A stretch of DNA of 64,000 nt from assembly GCA_965203295.1 (NCBI GenBank), contig CBDBCZ010000015.1, forward strand, positions 1,237,639 to 1,301,638, in the 5' to 3' direction. This DNA comes from Nitrospirales bacterium (GTDB lineage Bacteria > Nitrospirota > Nitrospiria > Nitrospirales > UBA8639). The position numbers and the translations under genes are program-made. Under the pieces are notes generated by a model, which was given only the letters and a program-made list of their open reading frames with translations, did not search any database and was not told the origin of the DNA. Shown piece after piece: positions 1-14,200 of this stretch (the stretch's first letter is position 1; each line of letters starts with the position of its first letter).

Positions 1-1560
1 TAGGTACCATTTATCTGACCCTTCCCAACTGTTTAGAAAAAGAACTGGTTATTCAAAGGCCTGTTTAGTTTTGTTGATGTTAGCCTGAAGATTAGGAAAG
101 AAGGATTTTATTAAAAATTGTTAGTTTTGTTGGTCTCTTGCAATGACTTTAATTAAGCCAAAGTTACTAGCTACCATTGATCTGACTCTTCCGAACTATT
201 TAGAAAAAGTGCTGGTTATTCAAAGGCTTGTTTTGTTTGAATGATATTAGTCAGATACAATACATGCTTATGAAGTATTAATGTTCAAGAAAGGAGCTGG
301 TTATTCAAAGGCTTGTTTAGTTTGGTTGATGTTAGTCTGAATATTAGGAAAGAAGGATTTTATTGAAAATTGTTAGTTTTGTCGTCTCAGGCAAAGACTT
401 TCAGCCAAGGTAACTGGCTACCATTGATCTGACCTTGCCTAACTGTTTAGGAAAAGAACCTGTTATTCAAAGGCTTGTTTAGTTTAAATGATGTTAGTCA
501 AATACAGTAATCCTTAAGAAGTATCGATGTTCAAGAAAGGAACTGGTTATTCAAAGGCTTGTTTAGTTTGCTTGATGTTAGTCTACAGATTAGGAAAGAA
601 GTATTTTATAGAAAATCGTTAGTTTTGTTGGTCTCTAGCAAAGACTTAACTACCATTGATCTGACCCTTCCCAACTGTTTAGGAAAAGAACTGGCTATTC
701 AAAGGCTTGTTTAGTTTAAATGATGATACAATACATGCTTAGGAAGTATCGATGTTCAAGAAAGGAACTGGTTATTCAAAGGCTTGTTTAGTTTTGTTGA
801 TGTTAGTCTGAAGATTAGGAAAGAAGGATTTTATTTAAAATTGTTAATTTTGTTGGTCTCAGGCAAAGACTTTCAGCCAAAGTAACTGGCTACCATTGAT
901 CTGACCCTTCCGAACTGTTTAGGAAAAGAACCTGTTATTCAAAGGCTTGTTTAGTTTGAATGATGTTAGTCAAATGCAATACATGCTTAGGAAGTATCGA
1001 TGTTCAAGAAAGGAACTGGTTATTCAAAAGCTTGTTTAGTTTTGTTGATGTTAGTCTGCAGATTAGGAAAGAAGGATTTTATTGAAAATTGTTAGGTTTG
1101 TTGGTCTCTAGCAGAGACTTTGAGCCAAAGCAACTAGCTACCATTGATCAGACCCTTCCAAACTGTTTAGAAAAAGAACTGGTTATTCAAAGGCCTGTTT
1201 AGATTTGTTGATTTTAGCCTTAAGATTAGGAAAGAAGGATTTTATTGAAAATTGTTAGTTTTGTTGGTCTCTAGCAAAGACTTTAAGCCAAGTCACTAGC
1301 TACCATTTATCTGACCCTTCCCAACTGTTTAGAAAAAGAGCTGGTTATTCAAAGGCTAGTTTAGTTTGAATGATGTTAGTCAAATACAATAATCCTTAGG
1401 AAGTATCGATGTTCAAGAAAGGAACTGGTTATTCAAAGGCTTGTTTAGTTTTCTTGATGTATGTCTGCAGATTAGAAAAGAAGTATTTTATAGAAAATCG
1501 TTCGTTTTGTTGGTCTCTAGCAAAGACTTTGAGCCAAAGTAACTAGCTACCATTGATCTG

Positions 1561-4500
1561 ACCCTTCCCAACTTTTTAGGAAAAGAACTGGTTATTTAAA
1601 TGCTTGTTTAGTTTAAATGATGTTAGTCGCATACAATACATGCTTAGGAAGTATCGATGTTCAAGAAAGTAACTGGTTATTCAAATGCTTATTAAGTTTG
1701 CTTGATGTTAGTCTGCAGATTAGGAAAGAAGTATTTTATAGAAAATCGTTAGTTTTGTTGGTCTCTAGCAAAAACTTTGAGCCAAAGTAACTAGCTACCA
1801 TTGATCTGACCCTTCCCAACTTTTTAGGGAAAGAAGTGGTTATTCAAAGGCTTGATTAGTTTGGTTGATGTTAGTCTGAAGATTAGGAAAAAAGGATTTT
1901 ATTTAAAATTGTTAGTTTTGTTGATCTCAGGCAAAGACTTTCAGCCAAAGTAACTAGCTACCATTGATCTGACCCTTCCCAACTGTTTAGGAAAAGAACC
2001 TGTTATTCAAAGGCTTGTTTAGTTTGAATGATGTTAGTCAGATACAATACATGCTTAGGAAGTATCGTTGTTCAAGAAAGGAACAGGTTATTCAAAGGCT
2101 AGTTTAGTTTGAATGGTGTTAGTCAAATACAATACATCCTTAGGAAGTATCGATGTTCAAGAAAGGAACTGGTTATTCAAAGGCTTGTTTAATTTTTTTG
2201 ATGTTAGTCTGCAGATTAGGAAAGAAGTATTTTATAGAAAATCGTTAGTTTTGTTGGTCTCTAGCAAAGACTTTGAGCCAAAGTAACTAGCTACCATTGA
2301 TCTGACCCTACCCTACTGTATAGGAAAAGAACTGGTTATTCAAAGGCTTGATTAGTTTTAATGATGTTAGTCGGATACAATACGTGTTTAGGAAGTGTCG
2401 ATGTTCAAGAATGGAACTGGTTATTCAAAGGCTTGTTTAGTTTGGTTGATGTTAGTCTGAAGATTAGGAAAGAAGGATTTTATTAAAAATTGTTAGTTTC
2501 TTTGGTCTCTAGCAAAGACTTTAAGCCAAAGTAACTAGGTACAATTTATCAGACCCTTCCGAACTGTTTAGAAAAAGAACTGGTTATTCAAAGGCCTGTT
2601 TAGTTTCGTTGATGTTAGCCTGAAGATTAGGAAAGAAGGATTTTATTGAAAATTGTTAGTTTTGTTGGTCTCTAGCAAAGACTTTAAGCCAAAGTCACTA
2701 GCTACTATTGATCTGACCCTTCCCAACCGTTTAGAAAAAGAGCTTATTATTCAAAGGCTAGTTTAGTTTGAATGATGTTAGTCAAATACAATAATCCTTA
2801 GGAAGTATCTATGTTCAAGAAAGGAACTGGTTATTCAAAGGCTTGTTTAGTTTGCTTGATGTTAGTCTGCAGATTAGGAAAGAAGTATTTTATAGAAAAT
2901 TGTTAGTTTTTTTGGTGTCTAGCAAAGACTTTGAGCCAAAGTAACAAGCTACCATTGATCTGACCCTTCCCAACTGTTTAGGAAAAGAAGTGGTTATTCA
3001 AAAGCTTATTTAGTTTGAATGATGTTAGTCATATACAATACACGCTTAGGAAGCATCGATGTTCAAGAAAGGAACTTGTTATTCAAAGGCTTGTTTAGTT
3101 TGGTTGATGTTAGTCTGAAGATTAGGAAAGAAGGATTTTATTTAAAATTGTTAGTTTTGTTGATCTCAGGCAAAGACTTTCAGCCAAAGTAACTAGCTAC
3201 CATTGATCTGACCCTTCCCAACTGTTTAGGAAAAGAACCTGTTATTCAAAGGCTTGTTTAGTTTGAATTATGTTAGTCAGATACAATACATGCTTAGGAA
3301 GTATCGTTGTTCAAGAAAGGAACAGGTTATTCAAAGGCTAGTTTAGTTTGAATGGTGTTAGTCAAATACAATACATCTTAGGAAGTATCGATGTTCCAGA
3401 AAGGAACTGGTTATTCAAACGCTTGTTTAATTTTGTTGATGTTAGTCTGCAGATTAGGAAAGAAGTATTTTATAGAAAATCGTTAGTTTTGTTGGTCTCT
3501 AGCAAAGACTTTGAGCCAAAGTAACTAGCTACCATTGATCTGACCCTACCCTACTGTTTGGGAAAAGAACTGGTTATTCAAAGGCTTGATTAGTTTTAAT
3601 GATGTTAGTCGGATACAATACGTGTTTAGGAAGTGTCGATGTTCAAGAATGGAACTGGTTATTCAAAGGCTTGTTTAGTTTGGTTGATGTTAGTCTGAAG
3701 ATTAGGAAAGAAGGATTTTATTGAAAATTGTTAGTTTGGTTGGTCTCTAGCAAAGACTTTAAGCCAAAGTAACTAGCTACCATTTATCTGACCCTTCCCA
3801 ACTGTTTAGAAAAAGAACTGGTTATTCAAAGGCTTGTTTAGTTTTAATGATGTTAGTCTAAAGATTAGGAAAGAAGGATTTTATTGAAAATTGTTAGTTT
3901 TGTTGGTCTCTAGCAAAGACTTTAAGCCAAAGTAACTAGCTACCATTTTTCTGACCCTTCCTAACTGTTTAGAAAAGAACTGGTTATTCAAAGGCCTGTT
4001 TAGTTTTGTTGATGTTAGCCTGAAGATTAGGAAAGAAGGATTTTATTGAAAATTGTTAGTTTTGTTGGTCTCTAGCAAAGACTTTAAGCCAAAGTTACTA
4101 GCTACCATTAATCTGACCCTACCAAACTATTTAGAAAATGAGCTGGTTGTTCAAAAGCTTGTTTTGTTTGAATGATATTAGTCAGATACAATACATGCTT
4201 AGGAAGTATCAATGTTCAAGAAAGGAACTGGTTATTCAAAGGCTTGTTTAATTTGGTTGATGTTAGTCTGAAGATTAGGAAAGAAGGATTTTATTTAAAA
4301 TTGTTAGTTTTTTTGTCTCTAGCAAAAACTTTAAGCCAAAGTAACTTGCTACCATTTATCTGACCCTTCCCAACTGTTTAGAAAAAGAGCTGGTTATTCA
4401 AAGGCCTTTTTAGTTTTGTTGATGTTAGCCTGAAGATTAGGAAAGAAGGATTTTATTGAAAATTGTTAGTTTCGTTGGTCTCAGGCAAAGACTTTCAGCC

Positions 4501-7500
4501 AAAGTAACTGGCTACCATTGATCTGACCCTTCCCAACTGTTTAGGAAAAGAACTGGTTATTGAAAGGCTTGTTTAGTTTGAATGATGTTAGTCAGATACA
4601 ATACTTGCTTAGGAAGTATCGATTTTCAAGAAAGGAACTGGTTATTCAAAGGCTTGTTTAGTTTGGTTGATGTTAGTCTGCAGATTAGGAAAGAAGTATT
4701 TTATAGAAAATCGTTAGTTTTGTTGGTCTCTAGCAAAGACTTTGAGCCAAAGTAACTAGCTACCATTGATCTGACCCTACCCTACTGTTTGGGAAAAGAA
4801 CTGGTTATTCAAAGGCTTGATTAGTTTTAATGATGTTAGTCGGATACAATACGTGTTTAGGAAGTGTCGATGTTCAAGAATGGAACTGGTTATTCAAAGG
4901 CTTGTTTAGTTTGGTTGATGTTAGTCTGAAGATTAGGAAAGAAGGATTTTATTGAAAATTGTTACTTTTGTTGGTCTCTAGCAAAGACTTTAAGCCAAAG
5001 TAACTAGCTACTATTTATCTGACCCTTCCCAACTGTTTAGAAAAAGAACTGGTTATTCAAAGGCTTGTTTAGTTTTAATGATGTTAGTCTTAAGATTAGG
5101 AAAGAAGGATTTTATTGAAAATTGTTAGTTTTGTTGGTCTCTAGCAAAGACTTTAAGCCAAAGTAACTAGCTACCGTTTTTTGACCCTTCCTAACTGTTT
5201 AGAAAAGAACTGGTTATTTAAAGGCCTGTTTAGTTTTGTTGATGTTAGCCTGAAGATTAGGAAAGAAGGATTTTATTGAAAATTGTTAGTTTTGTTGGTC
5301 TCTAGCAAAGACTTTAAGCCAAAGTTACTAGCTACCATTAATCTGACCCTACCAAACTATTTAGAAAATGAGCTGGTTATTCAAAAGCTTGTTTTGTTTG
5401 AATGATATTAGTCAGATACAATACATGCTTAGGAAGTATCAATGTTCAAGAAAGGAACTGGTTATTCAAAGGCTTGTTTAATTTGGTTGATGTTAGTCTG
5501 AAGATTAGGAAAGAAGGATTTTATTTAAAATTGTTAGTTTTTTTGTCTCTAGCAAAAACTTTAAGCCAAAGTAACTTGCTACCATTTATCTGACCCTTCC
5601 CAACTTTTTAGGAAAAGAACTGGTTATTTAAAGGCTTGTTTAGTTTAAATGATGTTAGTCGCATACAATACATGCTTAGGAAGTATCGATGTTCAAGAAA
5701 GGAACTGGTTATTCAAATGCTTATTAAGTTTGCTTGATGTTAGTCTGCAGATTAGGAAAGAAGTATTTTATAGAAAATCGTTAGTTTTGTTGGTCTCTAG
5801 CAAAAACTTTGAGCCAAAGTAACTAGCTACCATTGATCCGACCCTTCCCAACTTTTTAGGGAAAGAAGTGGTTATTCAAAGGCTTGATTAGTTTGGTTGA
5901 TGTTAGTCTGAAGATTAGGAAAGAAGGATTTTATTTAAAATTGTTAGTTTTGTTGATCTCAGGCAAAGACTTTCAGCCAAAGTAACTAGCTACCATTGAT
6001 CTGACCCTTCCCAACTGTTTAGGAAAATAACCTGTTATTCAAAGGCTTGTTTAGTTTGAATGATGTTAGTCAGATACAATACATGCTTAGGAAGTATCGT
6101 TGTTCAAGAAAGGAACAGGTTATTCAAAGGCTAGTTTAGTTTGAATGGTGTTAGTCAAATACAATACATCCTTAGGAAGTATCAATGTTCAAGAAAGGAA
6201 CTGGTTATTCAAAGGCTTGTTTAATTTTTTTGATGTTAGTCTGCAGATTAGGAAAGAAGTATTTTATAGAAAATCGTTAGTTTTGTTGGTCTCTAGCAAA
6301 GACTTTGAGCCAAAGTAACTAGCTACCATTGATCTGACCCTACCCTACTGTATAGGAAAAGAACTGGTTATTCAAAGGCTTGATTAGTTTTAATGATGTT
6401 AGTCGGATACAATACGTGTTTAGGAAGTGTCGATGTTCAAGAATGGAACTGGTTATTCAAAGGCTTGTTTAGTTTGGTTGATGTTAGTCTGAAGATTAGG
6501 AAAGAAGGATTTTATTAAAAATTGTTAGTTTATTTGGTCTCTAGCAAAGACTTTAAGCCAAAGTAACTAGGTACCATTTATCAGACCCTTCCGAACTGTT
6601 TAGAAAAAGAACTGGTTATTCAAAGGCCTGTTTAGTTTCGTTGATGTTAGCCTGAAGATTAGGAAAGAAGGATTTTATTGAAAATTGTTAGTTTTGTTGG
6701 TCTCTAGCAAAGACTTTAAGCCAAAGTCACTAGCTACTATTGATCTGACCCTTCCCAACCGTTTAGAAAAAGAGCTTATTATTCAAAGGCTAGTTTAGTT
6801 TGAATGATGTTAGTCAAATACAATAATCCTTAGGAAGTATCTATGTTCAAGAAAGGAACTGGTTATTCAAAGGCTTGTTTAGTTTGCTTGATGTTAGTCT
6901 GCAGATTAGGAAAGAAGTATTTTATAGAAAATTGTTAGTTTTTTTGGTGTCTAGCAAAGACTTTGAGCCAAAGTAACAAGCTACCATTGATCTGACCCTT
7001 CCCAACTGTTTAGGAAAAGAAGTGGTTATTCAAAAGCTTATTTAGTTTGAATGATGTTAGTCATATACAATACACGCTTAGGAAGCATCGATGTTCAAGA
7101 AAGGAACTTGTTATTCAAAGGCTTGTTTAGTTTGGTTGATGTTAGTCTGAAGATTAGGAAAGAAGGATTTTATTTAAAATTGTTAGTTTTGTTGATCTCA
7201 GGCAAAGACTTTCAGCCAAAGTAACTAGCTACCATTGATCTGACCCTTCCCAACTGTTTAGGAAAAGAACCTGTTATTCAAAGGCTTGTTTAGTTTGAAT
7301 TATGTTAGTCAGATACAATACATGCTTAGGAAGTATCGTTGTTCAAGAAAGGAACAGGTTATTCAAAGGCTAGTTTAGTTTGAATGGTGTTAGTCAAATA
7401 CAATACATCTTAGGAAGTATCGATGTTCCAGAAAGGAACTGGTTATTCAAACGCTTGTTTAATTTTGTTGATGTTAGTCTGCAGATTAGGAAAGAAGTAT

Positions 7501-9624
7501 TTTATAGAAAATCGTTAGTTTTGTTGGTCTCTAGCAAAGACTTTGAGCCAAAGTAACTAGCTACCATTGATCTGACCCTACCCTACTGTTTGGGAAAAGA
7601 ACTGGTTATTCAAAGGCTTGATTAGTTTTAATGATGTTAGTCGGATACAATACGTGTTTAGGAAGTGTCGATGTTCAAGAATGGAACTGGTTATTCAAAG
7701 GCTTGTTTAGTTTGGTTGATGTTAGTCTGAAGATTAGGAAAGAAGGATTTTATTGAAAATTGTTAGTTTTGTTGGTCTCTAGCAAAGACTTTAAGCCAAA
7801 GTAACTAGCTACCATTTATCTGACCCTTCCCAACTGTTTAGAAAAAGAACTGGTTATTCAAAGGCTTGTTTAGTTTTATTGATGTTAGTCTAAAGATTAG
7901 GAAAGAAGGATTTTATTGAAAATTGTTAGTTTTGTTGGTCTCTAGCAAAGACTTTAAGCCAAAGTAACTAGCTACCATTTTTCTGACCCTTCCTAACTGT
8001 TTAGAAAAGAACTGGTTATTCAAAGGCCTGTTTAGTTTTGTTGATGTTAGCCTGAAGATTAGGAAAGAAGGATTTTATTGAAAATTGTTAGTTTTGTTGG
8101 TCTCTAGCAAAGACTTTAAGCCAAAGTTACTAGCTACCATTAATCTGACCCTACCAAACTATTTAGAAAATGAGCTGGTTGTTCAAAAGCTTGTTTTGTT
8201 TGAATGATATTAGACAGATACAATACATGCTTAGAAAGTATCAATGTTCAAGAAAGGAACTGGTTATTCAAAGGCTTGTTTAATTTGGTTGATGTTAGTC
8301 TGAAGATTAGGAAAGAAGGATTTTATTTAAAATTGTTAGTTTTTTTGTCTCTAGCAAAAACTTTAAGCCAAAGTAACTTGCTACCATTTATCTGACCCTT
8401 CCCAACTGTTTAGAAAAAGAGCTGGTTATTCAAAGGCCTTTTTAGTTTTGTTGATGTTAGCCTGAAGATTAGGAAAGAAGGATTTTATTGAAAATTGTTA
8501 GTTTCGTTGGTCTCAGGCAAAGACTTTCAGCCAAAGTAACTGGCTACCATTGATCTGACCCTTCCCAACTGTTTAGGAAAAGAACTGGTTATTGAAAGGC
8601 TTGTTTAGTTTGAATGATGTTAGTCAGATACAATACTTGCTTAGGAAGTATCGATTTTCAAGAAAGGAACTGGTTATTCAAAGGCTTGTTTAGTTTGGTT
8701 GATGTTAGTCTGCAGATTAGGAAAGAAGTATTTTATAGAAAATCGTTAGTTTTGTTGGTCTCTAGCAAAGACTTTGAGCCAAAGTAACTAGCTACCATTG
8801 ATCTGACCCTACCCTACTGTTTGGGAAAAGAACTGGTTATTCAAAGGCTTGATTAGTTTTAATGATGTTAGTCGGATACAATACGTGTTTAGGAAGTGTC
8901 GATGTTCAAGAATGGAACTGGTTATTCAAAGGCTTGTTTAGTTTGGTTGATGTTAGTCTGAAGATTAGGAAAGAAGGATTTTATTGAAAATTGTTACTTT
9001 TGTTGGTCTCTAGCAAAGACTTTAAGCCAAAGTAACTAGCTACCATTTATCTGACCCTTCCCAACTGTTTAGAAAAAGAACTGGTTATTCAAAGGCTTGT
9101 TTAGTTTTAATGATGTTAGTCTTAAGATTAGGAAAGAAGGATTTTATTGAAAATTGTTAGTTTTGTTGGTCTCTAGCAAAGACTTTAAGCCAAAGTAACT
9201 AGCTACCGTTTTTTGACCCTTCCTAACTGTTTAGAAAAGAACTGGTTATTTAAAGGCCTGTTTAGTTTTGTTGATGTTAGCCTGAAGATTAGGAAAGAAG
9301 GATTTTATTGAAAATTGTTAGTTTTGTTGGTCTCTAGCAAAGACTTTAAGCCAAAGTTACTAGCTACCATTAATCTGACCCTACCAAACTATTTAGAAAA
9401 TGAGCTGGTTATTCAAAAGCTTGTTTTGTTTGAATGATATTAGTCAGATACAGTACATGCTTAGGAAGTATCAATGTTCAAGAAAGGAACTGGTTATTCA
9501 AAGGCTTGTTTAATTTGGTTGATGTTAGTCTGAAGATTAGGAAAGAAGGATTTTATTTAAAATTGTTAGTTTTTTTGTTTCTAGCAAAAACTTTAAGCCA
9601 AAGTAACTTGCTACCATTTATCTG
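1561..9624 (+). repeat. 4032-bp tandem duplication inside the satellite
   Basis: Rare variants (ACTTTTTAGG...GTTATTTAAA...TAGTCGCATAC) recur at 1561 and 5593. ORF-track copies at 4172 and 8204 are also 4032 bp apart. Confidence 0.9.
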
Positions 9625-11270
9625 ACCCTTCCCAACTGTTTAGAAAAAGAGCTGGTTATTCAAAGGCCTTTTTAGTTTTGTTGATGTTAGCCTGAAGATT
9701 AGGAAAGAAGGATTTTATTGAAAATTGTTAGTTTCGTTGGTCTCAGGCAAAGACTTTCAGCCAAAGTAACTGGCTACCATTGATCTGACCCTTCCCAACT
9801 GTTTAGGAAAAGAACTGGTTATTGAAAGGCTTGTTTAGTTTGAATGATGTTAGTCAGATACAATACTTGCTTAGGAAGTATCGATTTTCAAGAAAGGAAC
9901 TGGTTATTCAAAGGCTTGTTTAGTTTGGTTGATGTTAGTCTGCAGATTAGGAAAGAAGTATTTTATAGGAAATCGTTAGTTTTGTTGGTCTCTAGCAAAG
10001 ACTTTGAGCCAAAGTAACTAGCTACCATTGATCTGACCCTACCCTACTGTTTGGGAAAAGAACTGGTTATTCAAAGGCTTGATTAGTTTTAATGATGTTA
10101 GTCGGATACAATACGTGTTTAGGAAGTGTCGATGTTCAAGAATGGAACTGGTTATTCAAAGGCTTGTTTAGTTTGGTTGATGTTAGTCTGAAGATTAGGA
10201 AAGAAGGATTTTATTGAAAATTGTTACTTTTGTTGGTCTCTAGCAAAGACTTTAAGCCAAAGTAACTAGCTACCATTTATCTGACCCTTCCCAACTGTTT
10301 AGAAAAAGAACTGGTTATTCAAAGGCTTGTTTAGTTTTAATGATGTTAGTCTTAAGATTAGGAAAGAAGGATTTTATTGAAAATTGTTAGTTTTGTTGGT
10401 CTCTAGCAAAGACTTTAAGCCAAAGTAACTAGCTACCATTTTTTGACCCTTCCTAACTGTTTAGAAATGAACTGGTTATTCAAAGGCCTGTTTAGTTTTG
10501 TTGATGTTAGCCTGAAGATTAGGAAAGAAGGATTTTATTGAAAATTGTTAGTTTTGTTGGTCTCTAGCAAAGACTTTAAGCCAAAGTTACTAGCTACCAT
10601 TAATCTGACCCTACCAAACTATTTAGAAAATGAGCTGGTTATTCAAAAGCTTGTTTTGTTTGAATGATATTAGTCAGATACAATACATGCTTAGGAAGTA
10701 TCAATGTTCAAGAAAGGAACTGGTTATTCAAAGGCTTGTTTAATTTGGTTGATGTTAGTCTGAAGATTAGGAAAGAAGGATTTTATTTAAAATTGTTAGT
10801 TTTTTTGTCTCTAGCAAAAACTTTAAGCCAAAGTAACTTGCTACCATTTATCTGACCCTTCCCAACTGTTTAGAAAAAGAGCTGGTTATTCAAAGGCCTT
10901 TTTAGTTTTGTTGATGTTAGCCTGAAGATTAGGAAAGAAGGATTTTATTGAAAATTGTTAGTTTCGTTGGTCTCAGGCAAAGACTTTCAGCCAAAGTAAC
11001 TGGCTACTATTGATCTGACCCTTCCCAACTGTTTAGGAAAAGAACTGGTTATTGAAAGGCTTGTTTAGTTTGAATGATGTTAGTCAGATACAATACTTGC
11101 TTAGGAAGTATCGATTTTCAAGAAAGGAACTGGTTATTCAAAGGCTTGTTTAGTTTGGTTGATGTTAGTCTGCAGATTAGGAAAGAAGTATTTTATAGAA
11201 AATCGTTAGTTTTGTTGGTCTCTAGCAAAGACTTTGAGCCAAAGTAACTAGCTACCATTGATCTGACCCT
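7480..11270 (+). repeat. 1230-bp higher-order repeat (6 L + 3 S, order S-L-L-S-L-S-L-L-L), about 3 copies; also at about 3450-5592
   Basis: Near-identical 63-aa ORF artefacts at 8204/9434/10664 and 4172/5402 are spaced exactly 1230 bp. Monomer lengths sum to 1230. Confidence 0.9.
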
Positions 11271-14200
11271 TCCCAACTGTTTATAAAAAGAACTGGTTAT
11301 TCAAAGGCCTGTTTAGGTTCGTTGATTTTAGCCTGAAGATCAGGAAAGAAGGATTTTATTGATAATTGTTAGTTTTGTAGGTCTCTTACAAAGACTTTAA
11401 GCCAAAGTAACTGGCTACCATTGATCTGATCCTTCCCAACTATTTAGAAAAAGAGCTGGTTATTCAAAGGCCTGTTTAGTTTTGTTGATTTTAGCCTTAA
11501 GATTAGGAAAGAAGGATTTTATTGAAAATTGTTAGTTTTGTTGGTCTCAGGTAAAGACTTTCAGCCAAAGTAACTGGCTACCATTGATCTGACCCTTAGC
11601 AACTGTTTTGGAAAAGAACTGGTTATTCAAAGGCTTGTTTAGTTTGAATGATGTTAGTCAGATACAATACATGCTTAGGAAGTATCGTTGTTCAAGAAAG
11701 GAACTGGTTATTCAAAGGCTTTTTTAGTTTGGTTGATGTTAGTCTGAAGATTAGGAAAGAAGGATTTTATTGAAAATTGTTAGTTTTGTTTGTCTCAGGC
11801 AAAGACTTTCAGTCAAAGTAACTGGCTACCATTGATCTGACCTTTCCAAACTGTTTAGGAAAAGAACTTGTTATTCAAAGGCTTGTTTAGTTTGAATGAT
11901 GTTAGTCAGATACAATACATGCCTAGGAAGTATCGATGTTCAAGAAAGGAACTGGTTATTCAAAGGCTTGTTTAGTTTGCTTGATGTTATTCTGCAGATA
12001 AGGAAAGAAGTATTTTATAGAAAATCATTTATTTTGTTGGTCTCTAGCAAAGACTTTGAGCCAAAGTATCTATCTACCATTGATCTGACCCTTCCCAACT
12101 GTTTAGGAAAAGAACTGGTTATTCAAAGGCTTGATTAGTTTTAATGATGTTAGTCGGATACAATACATGTTTAGGAAGTGTCGATGTTCAAGAAAGGAAC
12201 TGGTTATTCAAAGGCTTGTTTAGTTTGGTTGATATTAGTCTGAAGATTAGGAAAGAAGGATTTTAATGAAAATTGTTAGTTTTGTTGGTCTCAGGCAAAG
12301 ACTTTCAGCCAAAGTAACTAGCTACCATTTATCTGACCCTTCCTAACTGTTTAGGAAAAGAACTGGTTATTCAAATGCTTGTTTAGTTTGAATGATGTTA
12401 GTCTGAAGATTAGGAAAGAAGGATTTTATTGAAAATTGTTAGTTTTGTTGGTCTCTAGCAAAGACTTTAAGCCAAAGTAACTAGCTACCATTTATCTGAC
12501 CCTTCCCAACTGCTTAGAAAAATAACTTGTTATTCAAAGGCCTGTTTAGTTTTGTTGATGTTAGCCTGAAGATTAAGAAAGAAGGATTTTATTGATAATT
12601 GTTAGTTTTGTTGGTCTCTTGCAAAGACTTTAAGCCACGGTAACTGGCTACCATTTATCTGACCCTTCCAAACTGTTTAGAAAAAGAACTGGTTAATCAA
12701 AGGCCTGTTTAGTTTATTTGACGTTAGCCTGAAGATTAGGAAAGAAGGATTTTATTGAAAATTGTTAGTTTTGTTTGTCTCTAGCAAAGACTTTGAGCCA
12801 AAGTCACTAGCTACCATTGATCTGACCTCTCCCAACTATTTAGAAAAAGAGCTGGTTATTCAAAAGTTTGTTTTATTTGAATGATATTAGTCATATACAA
12901 TACATGCTTAGGAAGTATCGATGTTCAAGAAAGGAACTGGTTATTCAAAGGCTTGTTTAGTTTGGTTGATGTTAGTCTGAAGTTTAGGAAAGAAGGATTT
13001 TAATGAAAATTGTTTGTTTTGTTGGTCTCAGGCAAATACTTTCAGCCATAGTAACTGGCTACCATTGATCTGACCGTTCCCAACTGTTTAGGAAAATAAC
13101 TTGTTATTCAAAGGCTTGTTTAGTTTGAATGATGTTAGTCAGATACAATACATGCTTAGGAAGTATCGATGTTCAAGAAAGGAACTGGTTATTCAAATGC
13201 TTATTTAGTTTGCTTGATGTTAGTCTGCAGATTAGGAAAGAAGTATTTTATAGAAAATCGTTAGTTTTGTTGGTCTCTAGCAAAGACTTTGAGCCAAAGT
13301 AACTAGCTACCATTGATCTGACCCTTCCCAACTTTTTAGGAAAAGAAGTGGTTATTCAAAGGCTTGATTAGTTTGGTTGATGTTAGTCTGAAGATTAGGA
13401 AAGAAGGATTTTATTTAAAATTGTTAGTTTTGTTGATCTCAGGCAAAGACTTTCAGCCAAAGTAACTAACTACCATTGATCTGACCCTTCCCAACTGTTT
13501 AGGAAAAGAACCTGTTATTCAAAGGCTTGTTTAGTTTGAATGATGTTAGTCAGATACAATACATGCTTAGGAAGTATCGTTGTTCAAGAAAGGAACAGGT
13601 TATTCAAAGGCTAGTTTAGTTTGAATGGTGTTAGTCAAATACAATACATCCTTAGGAAGTATCGATGTTCAAGAAAGGAACTGGTTATTCAAAGGCTTGT
13701 TTAATTTTATTGATGTTAGTCTGCAGATTAGGAAAGAAGTATTTTATAGAAAATCGTTAGTTTTGTTGGTCTCTAGCAAAGACTTTGAGCCAAAGTAACT
13801 AGCTACCATTGATCTGACCCTACCCTACTGTATAGGAAAAGAACTGGTTATTCAAAGGCTTGATTAGTTTTAATGATGTTAGTCGGATACAATACGTGTT
13901 TAGGAAGTGTCGATGTTCAAGAATGGAACTGGTTATTCAAAGGCTTGTTTAGTTTGGTTGATGTTAGTCTGAAGATTAGGAAAGAAGGATTTTATTGAAA
14001 ATTGTTAGTTTATTTGGTCTCTAGCAAAGACTTTAAGCCAAAGTAACTAGGTACCATTTATCAGACCCGTCCGAACTGTTTAGAAAAAGAACTGGTTATT
14101 CAAAGGCCTGTTTAGTTTTGTTGATTTTAGCCTGAAGATTAGGAAAGAAGGATTTTATTGAAAATTGTTAGTTTTGTTGGTCTCAGGTAAAGACTTTCAG

